From Octopus sinensis (lineage: Eukaryota), in the NCBI RefSeq assembly GCF_006345805.1, contig NC_042999.1:130572001-130636000 (forward strand): a stretch of DNA of 64,000 nucleotides, given 5' to 3'. The notes beneath the pieces were generated by a model, which was not told the DNA's origin, did not search any database, and saw only the letters and a list, made by a program, of their open reading frames with translations. The translations under genes were made by a program, and so were the position numbers. This document shows positions 36,301 to 46,227 of the stretch, piece by piece. Position 1 is the stretch's first letter; the number at the start of each line of letters is the position of its first letter.

Positions 36301-39300
36301 GTGGTACCAGTGCCGTGGCACATAAGAAAACCACCCGAACGTGCTGAGGGCACGTAACAAACACCATCCGAGCGTGGCCGTCAGCCAGCCTCGTCTGGCA
36401 CCTGTGTCGGTGGCACATAAAAAACACCATCCGAGCGTGGCCGTCAGCCAGCCTCGTCTGGCACCTGTGTCGGTGGCACATAAAAAACACCATCCGAGAG
36501 TGGCTGTCAGCCAGCCTCGTCTGGCACCTGTGTCGGTGGCACATAAAAAACACCATCCGAGCGTGGCCGTCTGCCAGCGTCGTCTGGCACCTGTGTCGGT
36601 GGCACATAAAATCACCCACTACACTCTCGGAGTGGTTGGCGTTAGGAAGGGCATCCAGCTGTAGAAACACTGCCAGATCTGACTGGCCTGGTGCAGCCTT
36701 CGGGCTTGCCAGACCCCAGTTGAACCGTCCAACCCATGCTAGCATGGAAAGCGGACGTTAAACGATGATGATGATGATGATGATCTCAAGGCTAATAATG
36801 CAGTATTCTTTGTTCTAACAAGACGCGGTTGGACTGAACCTGGAATCATGTGGTTGGAAAGCAAGCTTCTTACCACACAGCTATGCCTGCACTTGTGTGT
36901 GTGTGTATACACACACACACACATATTTATATATCTATATACACATGCACATATATTTAAATAGCTCACAGATGAGATCCAAAGGTTTACCATACAGAAG
37001 ACACTGAGTAGTACTCAAAAGATTCAAACTTAGACTCCGATGCCTTTACAGGGGATCATTCCATAAAGTAAAGAAAGGCTATAAGAGGGAACGAGTTGAG
37101 TGGGTATAGTGGCAATTATTTGGATGAACAAATTAGACACATCAATTATATTAAAAACTTTAAATACATCAAATGCAAAATATGTATATACGTATACATG
37201 CAAAACGAGAGAAAGCAAAAGGTGGAAACTTTCAAATGATGAACTTTTATGTATAAATATACAGATATTTATATTAATACGTCCATCCTACACAGAGTAC
37301 AAATAACAGAAAATTAATTTTCCCTATAAATGACACCCATGTTGTAAATGACAAAATAGTTTTCCTCAACATCTTTGTGGTACACATCAGCTAATTGTTT
37401 CTCTATTTGTACATCATATCATTGTACTGAATAAGTCACCATCATTACCAGCTTCCTCATAATAGTGTCTTATCCACCCTGTAGAAATATTTGACAATCT
37501 AAATATATACAAAAAAAACACAGGATGTGTGTCTGTCATGTTGTTAAAACTTGAGATCCACCAAACCGATTTTAATGAAATTTTACACATGCATTACATG
37601 GAGTGTCATGGGCCCAAAAAATTAGCAACTTCTCACCTAATGCGGGCCTAGATGCAGATAAACTGCATTTTTTAAAGCATTTTTGCAGTGTTAAGGCCCT
37701 TAACTTGAAGAGTATCCAGTTGCTTTCCTCCAAATTTGCAATAAACATTAATCAGGTTCCTCGAATTGCTGTTGACTAAAAGAAAATTCCAACACCGACT
37801 GTGTCCCCTCCCCCCGCAGATTAATCAGATTTGAGTTTACTGCACTGGGTTTTATCTTTGATTTAGGCCATTTTCCAGCGATAAAATATTGACACTACTT
37901 ATGCATTATAAGTAACATGTAATATTTCACGAAAACCTTTTTGTCCAATTTGGCAGAGGAAATGAAAACATTAAAATTTTTGTTGGTGCCCTGTTGATGC
38001 TTCATGTTACTATCCTGCACACTACTGGGCCATGTGCATGTGTGTGTGCAGCTGGGTAGAGGCACAACAAACCATTCATCCATTCTCCAGAAGTACCCGG
38101 CAGCATGTCTCATCCATGTCTGAACTATATAATGCAAAATGTTCATTCAAAAATCAAACTGCTATTGTGACTGTTTATTTTATTTTCATTCCTGTTGGAC
38201 CCCTCTTTTATGTCCATGACAGCTTTTTTTCAATTTGGCAGCAATCATTTTCTTTACCTCCATCCTTAAGATGGAGCAATCATTTAGCTGAGCTTAAAGA
38301 ACACATTCAGTCAGCAGTGCAGGAGCTAACACCTGAAATGCTTCAAAATGTGCTTCACAACTCTAAGGAGAGATTTGAAGCATGCAGGGATACAGACATG
38401 CTGAAAATTTTCAATAAAAGTTTGATGTAAGATTTATAAATCTTTTTGTTTTGGCAATAAACATAAAATTCTGTCAGTTTTTTAAAAATTTCATTGAAAC
38501 AGAGAGTTAATTCTGGAACACCCTGTATGGTGTAGCATTGTTAGTTGTTGTGTTGCTCAAGTAAATATTAAGATCAAAGGTCTTCTTGCTGTAAGCATGC
38601 CATCTTTTTATTAAGCATTTTGTATCAAGGGGTATATTATCCAAAATGTATCTCTCCTTTATAGGGGTGGCTGTGTGGTTGAGAAGTTTGCTTTCCAACC
38701 ATGTCACCTTGAGTTCAGTCCCAATTCTCTCATTACAGCTCTGTGCCAACCAAAGCCTTGTGTATTATATAATTGCCATTACTGTATTGATGTATAAAAT
38801 AACATCTCACTTATTATTGTCATATAATAAACAAACAGAAGTTTGTGTATGAAATTGATCTTTTTCTACTTCAATTATTTCATGTTTTTTTCTTATAAAA
38901 TACACACTTACAGGAGGAGTAAATCTCTCTCTATATATATATATAATAACACTTTGAATGTGACTCCCAAAAAAGAGTAGAAGTAATTACCCGATCAACA
39001 ATGGGTATTATTGCCAGTATATAAATATAGAAGAACAGTTGGTAAATTTTATTATCATACATACTGTAAATAATGTTTTTTACCATTTTCCTCTTTCTTT
39101 CAGGAGATATGGCATGAACCGGTTAACTTCATTGGCTTCTGTTCATCAACTTTATTTGACGAGCCACTCAAAATCCCAAGCAATCACATGACCCGCTTCC
39201 ATAGAACTGCTAAACGTATGCGTTTGGATATTGGTAACTTTCTAAAGCAATTATTACCCAGTTTTTGTAATTTTCTTGCTATATCTGCTGATGGTGTTGT

Positions 39301-41630
39301 AGGTGAGTAAAGCAATTATTATCTAAATTAGCTCATTAACTCTTTTACTGCAGAAATCAGATATTACACTTCTATATTTAAGAGATGAGGAATTATGTAC
39401 GTTATTTACATTATTTGCAATTGATGGATATTTATCCTCCAGCCTTCATCAGGTGTCTTGGGGAAATTTCGAACCTGGGTTTTCATTCCTAAGGTATTTT
39501 TCGATGTTATTATTATTATTCAAAAGCATACTCTCCACTCCAGTTATGAAGAAAAGAGAGGATGAAACCGGTAAACTGTCCACAGTCTGTCTACCCTATG
39601 TGAAAGGCCTCTCCGAAAAGATACAAAAGATATGCGGGCCATATGTCATCAGGACAATATTCAAAAGTAATACAACACTTCGCAAATATCTCCTTCGAGT
39701 AAAACCACCAATAGAAGAGAATATGACCAAGAACTGCATGTACTTCATCCCATGCAGCTGTAATAGGTTATACAAAGGCGAAACATGCCGTCCCCTCAAA
39801 GTAAGGGTAGAGGAACATCACAGAGCTGTGACACGGGAAGATATTGATAAATCGGGTATAGCTGATCATGTATGGAAAAATGGAGACCACCTGTGGGATG
39901 AAGTTAAAATAATAGACAGAGAACACCACTGGAAAATATGAAAACCAAAAGAAACAGCACATATGCTAGAATACAACAACATCCTAAGCAGACTGAGTGC
40001 AGATATGAATAGCATATGGGAACCGGTATTAAGTAAGGATAGGAGAATATTAGATTTATAAGCCCTAAAATTCACTCCATAATTGCCCACGGGCATATGG
40101 TGTAGTGGTTAAAAGCATGGGCTGCTAACCCCAAGATTCCGAGTTCAACTCCAGGCAGTGACCTGAATAATAATAATAATAACATCGAAAAATACCTTAG
40201 GAATGAGAACCCAGGTTTGAAATTTCCCCAAGATAACTGATGAAGGCTGGAGGGTCTATCAGCCGAAACGTGTTAACAACAAACAAGATGAGGACAAGTA
40301 TCCATCAATAAATAATGTAAATGAAATCAGATATATCCACTCAAAATTTCATTTCCCTTAATTGCAGAAAGCAGTTTTGTATACCAATCTTTTATATTTT
40401 GGAATGTCATATTTTGCAGAAAATATAAATTCTATTTTTTGGTAGATAGTTAACATCATTACTGGAATAAACATGAAATTTAATTTTGCAGTGAAAGGGT
40501 TTAATGCTTTCATGACTTGTTTTTTATTTATTTTTTTAAAATTCGTTTATTGCTATCAAATTTCTTCTGTTGTCTTTTGTCTTACATAGGAACAAATTCT
40601 GAAGCCAACAAATCATTTGAGATTGAAAATAAAAAATCCTTGTCTTTCCTACTTATTCCTAAACTGGAAAATTTACAAATTCACAGTTTTACTATTGACA
40701 TCCACACATATACCACACAGGTCGATGATATTTTAGGACCAGGAACTAATCACATTCCTGAAGATGTAAAAGCTATTCTGTATTTTTGCAATGAACCCCT
40801 CTGTCCACCAGATATAGGCTACACATTAATGCAATACTTCCCTGAATCTGTTCTTGTTGGAGGATTTGTTGATAATCTGATTTGTCCTCAGAAATGTTTA
40901 AATGATTCTGGAGGGTGAGTGATATATATTTTTTATTCCTAATTCATTTATGTTTAACCCTTTTGTTACCATATTTTCATTGAAATATACTGTTTTTGTT
41001 TGAATTAATTTTGATAATGATGAAGAATTTAGTAAAATTTAGTAGAATTTATTAAACTCAACTTTGGAATTGATCTGATTTCTTTAGTTTTAGACTATCT
41101 TGGCTACATCCTATATATATATATATTTCAATATATCTTGTTTTAAAGAACACATCAATGCTGGATGATTAATATAACTTGTTGACAAGTATTCTGAATT
41201 AAATTTGTTTTTCTTTTTTAATTGTAGTCAGTCTGATCCCTCTCTGCTCTGCATTGCATTCAGTGGTGCACGTCTGCGAGTTGCATCTGTTCTCATAGAG
41301 GAACACATCAACAGTAAAGAAGAAGTTGAAGCCAACATACGTAAGTTGAAAAACTGCAAACTTCCTGAGGAACAGAGCTTTGCTTTCATGTTCACTTGTA
41401 TTGGCCGTGGATTCCATCACTATGGTGTTTCTAACGTTGAGTCAGCTGTTTTCCGACAGTTTTTCCCTAAAACTCCTCTGGTTGGATTTTTTGGAACAGG
41501 AGAAGTAGGTTTCACTCATCTTCCCAGTGAAGGAAACGTTTGTGAAAATGGTAAAGTGGACAACAATCGGACTTTACCCAAACTCTACCATACATATACA
41601 ACCATAATATGTTTACTTTCTGTAGTTTGA
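30244..41630 (+). CDS. FBXO22: F-box only protein 22 (F-box + FIST domains), 5 exons, 391 aa
   Basis: Exons 30244-30359, 33938-34070, 39104-39302, 40590-40914, 41228-41630; phases consistent. F-box FVLTKIPLITKKVLSFLPAKTL...RVCKSW; FIST motifs LVGGFVD, FAFMFTCIGRG, PLVGFFGTGEVG, HTYTTI. Confidence 0.93.
31244..31540 (+). mobile_element. tRNA-derived SINE, family C
   Basis: GGCGCATAACTCAGTGGTTAGAG head; close to the copy at 57637-57945. Confidence 0.8.
31545..31870 (-). mobile_element. RTE 3' UTR fragment
   Basis: Family homology. Confidence 0.75.
33003..33482 (-). mobile_element. 5'-truncated CR1/L2-like LINE (RT C-terminus + (TTA)n tail)
   Basis: LLESVQRRATKRIP..YSERL..L..RRL..DL; NTRGHAYK; FFTLRVAEAWNKLP. 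Confidence 0.9.
33938..34070 (+). CDS. FBXO22: FBXO22 exon 2
   Basis: VCKSWNFVAEQIKRKRQKLSW...; donor GTAAGT. Confidence 0.92.
34332..34720 (+). mobile_element. Bipartite tRNA-derived SINE, family B, with internal (TA)n/(TG)n
   Basis: GGCGCAGGAGTGGCTGTGTGG...GGTTCAGTCCC head; partial copies at about 25345, 36820, 38665 and 42455. Confidence 0.85.
34990..35900 (-). mobile_element. Decayed mariner transposase (Hsmar1/SETMAR-like)
   Basis: HTH region ...TARNINEVF...TVRRWFEKF; CDEKWILF; SVWWS; ends not resolved. Confidence 0.88.
35995..36785 (+). mobile_element. 5'-truncated RTE LINE (ORF end + 3' UTR + (GAT)n)
   Basis: GTRGRGRPRKTWDEVVKHDLRTL...-stop followed by the family 3' UTR. Confidence 0.9.
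36361..36610 (+). repeat. 63-bp minisatellite, 4 copies, inside the RTE 3' UTR
   Basis: Unit starts ACACCATCCG at 36361, 36424, 36487 and 36550. Confidence 0.95.
37498..37700 (+). mobile_element. Possible non-autonomous Helitron-like element 5' end
   Basis: A|TCTAAATATATA...GTGTGTCTGTC...CCGATTTTAATGAAATTT pattern; 3' end unclear. Confidence 0.4.
38250..38527 (+). mobile_element. Tc1/mariner-superfamily (DD37D-like) 3' end
   Basis: ELKEHIQSAVQELTPEMLQNV...ERFEAC C-terminal pattern; terminus GGAACACCCTG|TA. Confidence 0.55.
39104..39302 (+). CDS. FBXO22: FBXO22 exon 3
   Basis: EIWHEPVNFIGF...LLPSFCNFLAISADGVV; donor GTGAGT. Confidence 0.88.
40091..40163 (+). mobile_element. tRNA-like (SINE-type) head within the Penelope-like element
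   Basis: A box TGGTGTAGTGG, loop CTGCTAA (Ser-GCT-like), B box GAGTTCAACTCC, then (AAT)n. Confidence 0.7.
40232..40274 (+). ncRNA. Type I hammerhead-ribozyme-like motif (probably degenerate)
   Basis: CTGATGA (40237-43), stem II GGCTG/CAGCC (40245-49/40260-64), GAAA (40265-68), then CGTGTT. Confidence 0.65.
40590..40914 (+). CDS. FBXO22: FBXO22 exon 4
   Basis: TNSEAN...SFLLIPKLENLQIHSF...VLVGGFVDNL. Confidence 0.92.
40958..41070. mobile_element. Partial copy of the piggyBac-type MITE
   Basis: TTAA|CCCTTTTGTTAC; similar to the reverse complement of 43487-43696. Confidence 0.6.
41228..41630 (+). CDS. FBXO22: FBXO22 exon 5 (terminal, FIST_C)
   Basis: LCIAFSG...FMFTCIGRG...GFFGTGEVG...HTYTTIICLLSVV-stop. 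Confidence 0.95.
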
Positions 41631-43486
41631 CAAAGGACCTTTTTATGAGAGATGACAATATAAAAGTATATTGATGGAGGACACATGAGGTTGTTTGTGT
41701 TTATATTTATTATATAAATGCAAGTGGATGTTTGTAAACACATGTTTAATCAGCAATTGTTTTGATAGCTTCTACATTTAATCCCTTATGAACAGGATTT
41801 TTCTAAAATATGACATCTAACAACAGTGGGCTATCAACAACTTGACTATCTATTGGTCCTTCCAATCATAAATTTGTAAGTACCAACTTCTGATTCTCCA
41901 TATATGAATCTATATCTTGCTAATGGTAGTAAATTGCTACTTGTCAGAGACTAACTGCTGGGACTTAGTTACTATTATATGTTTACAGTGTGCTTATTTA
42001 AACATGTAATGTCCTTCATTAATTACAGAATGCTCAATTGGTTTGTATTTCTGATTCATGAATTAGAAATATTGCAGTATTGATGTATATATTATATATA
42101 TTGCAATGTTGTGTGTATAGTCAGATTAGTCATGTACAATTTCTTTCTATACACTCACAGTTAAAAAAAACTGAAAAATGATACTTTTAAATAACAGTTG
42201 TCAAAATTAAAAAGGAAATTAAAATGATGTATAAAGGTGGTTTTCAAAATCTATTTAGCATGTTTTCCTTGCCTTTTGTTTACTTTCAATGTATAAATCG
42301 GTTATCAGATCAACTGAAGTTGATGATAAGCAAAAATGTCTTTGTGACACTTTTGTTTATCATCAACTTCAAGGCTTTTTTGTTAATGTGAAGAAAGACA
42401 ATGTTCATGGGTCTTCTTAGATTGGAAGACTTGACTGAAATTACTGTAAAGGTTTCTAGCATGATTGTGTAGTCAAGTCATTTGTTTTACAATCATGTGG
42501 TTCTGGGTTTGATCTCACTGCAGGGTAGCTTAGGCAAGTATTATCTGTCATAGTATTAGATTGATCAATGCCTTGTGAAAGGAAATTCTGTGGATGACTT
42601 GCATGTGTGTGTAGGTTTATATTTACAGGTGTATGTATGTATTTTTAAATATATATTGCTGATGTTTATTGGCAAAAAAAAGTGATAAACCAGTACTTTT
42701 GAACAAAGTGGTATTTGTACCATCTGAGTTGTACAGATGCTTCTTTGTCACTGTCTCCATAAGAATTGCATATTGACTCATTAGAAACCACTAAACCAAC
42801 TTTAGGCACCCAATGTGATATCAAGTTAATAACGGTTGCATACTAGGGTCGATGTAATCGACTGCCCCCAAAATTTCGGGCCTTGTGTCTAGAGTAAAAA
42901 AGAATATTTTTCATATTTTTATAATGGCTCAGTCAAGCAGTGAGTTACTGCCAATCATAGATGATTTTCTTTTAGATATAATTTAGTCACCAACATCCTA
43001 CATTTAATCATAAAATATAATAATAAGATGTAACTAAAATTTTGTTGACATAACAAGACAAAGCAAATTATATAAATCTGATCAATATAATACATCAACA
43101 TGAGTAGCTTGTAGAAGGGATGAATAAAGAAAGAAAATCAGGTTTGTGCATGATGATCTTCAAGATTTATTGAATTAGGTGAAAATTTGTTAGGAATTCC
43201 AGATTTATGATTATATATAGTAAGGCTGAAATTTCTTATATATATATAGCTGTTTCATGAATGTTAAAAAATGTCCTAATCAGAAAGTTTATAAACTTTC
43301 TGATTAGGAATACAACAGAATGTATTTGTTAACATTTCCTTGAAGAGTTTAACCATAGCTACATTTGGTTAACAGTAGAAAATGTTGGTGGAAACAGAAT
43401 AGTTTAGACATGACAAGAAACACGAGAATTAGATTTATAGTCAACACACTCTTTCTCATTGATTTCAACCTGCGTGCTTTCATTAA

Positions 43487-43696
43487 CCCTTTCGTTACCA
43501 ACCCGGCTCTAGCTCTTAGTACAAATGTCTTGTTTCCAAAAGTTTTTAATTAAAATCTTCCACCAAACCTTAGTCACAATTTATGTTCCTAACACTAGCT
43601 GAATGATAACTGAGCTATTTTACTAAATTCTTTGTAATATTTGAAGTAATTGAAAGAAACACAGAGCATCTCAACAGAAATACAGTAACGAAAGGG
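43487..43696. mobile_element. piggyBac-type MITE (210 bp)
   Basis: Perfect 12-bp TIR CCCTTTCGTTAC/GTAACGAAAGGG with TTAA on both sides. Confidence 0.9.
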
Positions 43697-44454
43697 TTAA
43701 ACAAGCTGTCTACTCCCTGAAGCATAGTAACAGATGGCAGATTATTCAGGACACTTGCACCTTTAACATAATATTGAAGCAGAACCAGCACAATACTTAT
43801 GCTATAAGCTAGGCCTTTATGAACCACTTTTACAGTCTGCAGTAATAAGTGAAGATTTATTTTAATTTGCTGGGCCTGGAAGAAGAGGCAGTGGCTATAG
43901 CTTTTGTAGGCCCTTCTTGACAAGTGAGATTTGTGATATTAATGTTTCTCTTGAACCCTTTGGAGTCAACTCCTGCAGGAAAGACTCCAAAGTTAGTTTC
44001 AGGAAGTAAATGTCTATGCCGAAAGTTAATGAAACATCAAGATTGAAATGCTTATATCAAGTGGCCCCAAACGTTTTAGACCATCAGCCCCTTCATGGAA
44101 TCCTTGACCCATCATCGACCTCCAGGTATATACAAGAAATAATATTTAAGCAGATGTGCATTTATCGACCTCTTTGGAGACCCTTGGCTTATATGATTGG
44201 TATTTCACACCCAAAATTGCTTTGATTCATAAACTACCACTTTATAGTAAGGATACAGCAACTTTACTGATGATGCTTGATGAAACAAACATGTCAGTAG
44301 TTGTTTCCCCCTACCTCTTGGGGAAAAAAAATATTTGTTCACATTTTCAATGTGCCATGTGTTAAGTATTATGATACACACTTATATTAATCCTTTTGCT
44401 TTCATGTGTGTTGTAAATGAATATCCAATTTTAAAGATTCTCTTAAAAACAAAT

Positions 44455-44620
44455 CATAATCATCATTTACCATGTTTTCCATGCCAATATAGGTTAGACA
44501 GTTTGGAACTGGTAAGTCAGAGAGCTGTACCAGGCTTCAGTCTGTTTAGGCTTGGTTTCTATGGCTGGATGCCTTTCCTAATGCCAACCATTCCACAAGT
44601 GTACTAGATGTTTTATGTGT
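44455..44620 (-). mobile_element. RTE 3' end fragment (diverged)
   Basis: Family homology. Confidence 0.65.
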
Positions 44621-46092
44621 CAATTGAGAAAAATATTAAAATATACAACTTTTTTCTTAAAGATTAAAGTAATCTTAAGTAGCAGGGTACTTAAAAAACC
44701 CCACTACCCTTTGACATAGGAAATCAAAACCATATTTATTGCAAATAAGTATACAAATGGTGCAACAGATAAAGAACTAGAATTTTAAATTAGTATTCAG
44801 ATAAATAACACTATTGGCAATAAAAAGTCTATTTGTTCTGACAAGGAAAATTTCTAAGTAAAATACTATGTGGAAGAGTGAGCATTGTATCTATAACATT
44901 AATTTACAAGAATGTAGTTTGGGAAAGTGGCTAGGTGCCAGTAGCAGCTGACTAGTGCCCAGCCACACTGAACTAAAAGGTGATATGCATTGGAGGTGCC
45001 AGCAGTAGGTTTATGTTAAATCTGATAATGTTGAGGACTCCTGCTGATATGGAAGAGAGAAAGTAAAAGTGATATTTTTAATAAAATATCAGTAAAAACA
45101 CATTCATGCTTATACATATTTTTTTTATATAAATAAAGAAATGAAAATAGTGCCATTATAAACAGTAAATTTTTAAATAAATTAAATGACTGGAAGGTTA
45201 ACAGACAGGACAACTGACTACAGAGTCAGAAGTTCAAATCTTTCCACTGTTATTGTTTTATAATTCTACTTGTTCCAGTTTGCCTAAACTCCACTCTTCA
45301 TGGTTGGCAGTAAGGAAACCCAGTTGTGTAAATAATTGCTCCAGCAAAACTACATCTATACAAACATCGGAACATGGACACAAAAGACAAAATGAAAAAT
45401 TGCAATGATGGTCTTATCCAAATAAGACACCCATTCACAAGTGATGGGTGTCATAGTATTATATTTTTGGAGGATGCAGAGGCTGGCATAGGACCATGGT
45501 GGACCAGGTTGGCTCTACACATGATGATGTCCCTGGGACCATTAACCTGAGTTGACCCCAGCCCCATCAAGCAAGCAAACATGTTTCCAGTATCAACTCC
45601 TTAAGAATGTAGCTGATGGGTGATTCAGATTCTCTGAAAAGTTGGTAAATTAAATAAAAACATTTTGCTAAGATTTAGTGTTTTTTTTTTTTTTATTCAA
45701 TTCACAGACAACATATTGTTGCTATATGACTACATCAGAGTAAAGAGACTAACACCCTAGTTTAGCAAGTGAGTCAAATTGTGTCAACAAACATTTTACC
45801 TGAAATAGAGAATGCTTAGTAAAACCAGATTTTTTATTTTCTTTATACATGTATATGAGATTTATGTCTTAAAGAATGGGATACATTATACAACTTAAAT
45901 ATTGTCCACTTCCATTGGAAAACACTGCTGACTGTAACTGTGAAGTTTGGAATAAATAAAACCATGCAAAGTTCTCCAAATCAATTTTAACAGCAATGTT
46001 ATTTAATTGCCGTTTCTCAAATTTCTTTCATGTTTAAAAATTTGCTAATTAAAGGACAGCAAGTTGATTCTAAATGGAGCTAAGTCCTTTTC

Positions 46093-46227
46093 TTAACCTC
46101 GACAGACTTCATGATAGGGCTCTCCTGTCCGGAAGTCTCGCCATGTGGGTGGAAGCCCGCTCTGTAAATAACGGTTGCATTTATGGCAAGAAGCAGAGAA
46201 TAATGTACTATATTTTTGCAGCCAGGT
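46093..46227 (-). CDS. MED27: MED27 exon 8 (terminal, Zn-binding region)
   Basis: TWLQKYSTLFSASCHKC...LPPTWRDFRTGEPYHEVCRG-stop. Confidence 0.95.
   Translation of the reverse strand, partial: TWLQKYSTLFSASCHKCNRYLQSGLPPTWRDFRTGEPYHEVCRG

Larger units (their letters stand above)
39404..40322 (+). mobile_element. Penelope-like element: GIY-YIG endonuclease remnant with inverted terminal duplication
   Basis: LPYVKGLSEKI..; NCMYFIPCSC..LYKGETCRPLKVRVEEH; SGIADHVW. Segment 39404-39521 is an inverted copy (with an internal deletion) of 40165-40322. Confidence 0.9.

Noticed and set aside
36265-36745. ORFs with repeated 21-aa peptides on both strands; array superficially CRISPR-like
   Set aside because: They are translations of a 63-bp minisatellite in a LINE 3' UTR; there are no unique spacers and no cas genes.
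40091-40163. Possible functional tRNA-Ser(GCT) gene
   Set aside because: The acceptor stem does not pair, there is no long variable arm, and it is followed by (AAT)n inside a retroelement.
44267-44286. CTGATGA...GAAAC hammerhead-like spacing
   Set aside because: No stem II can form between the two motifs.
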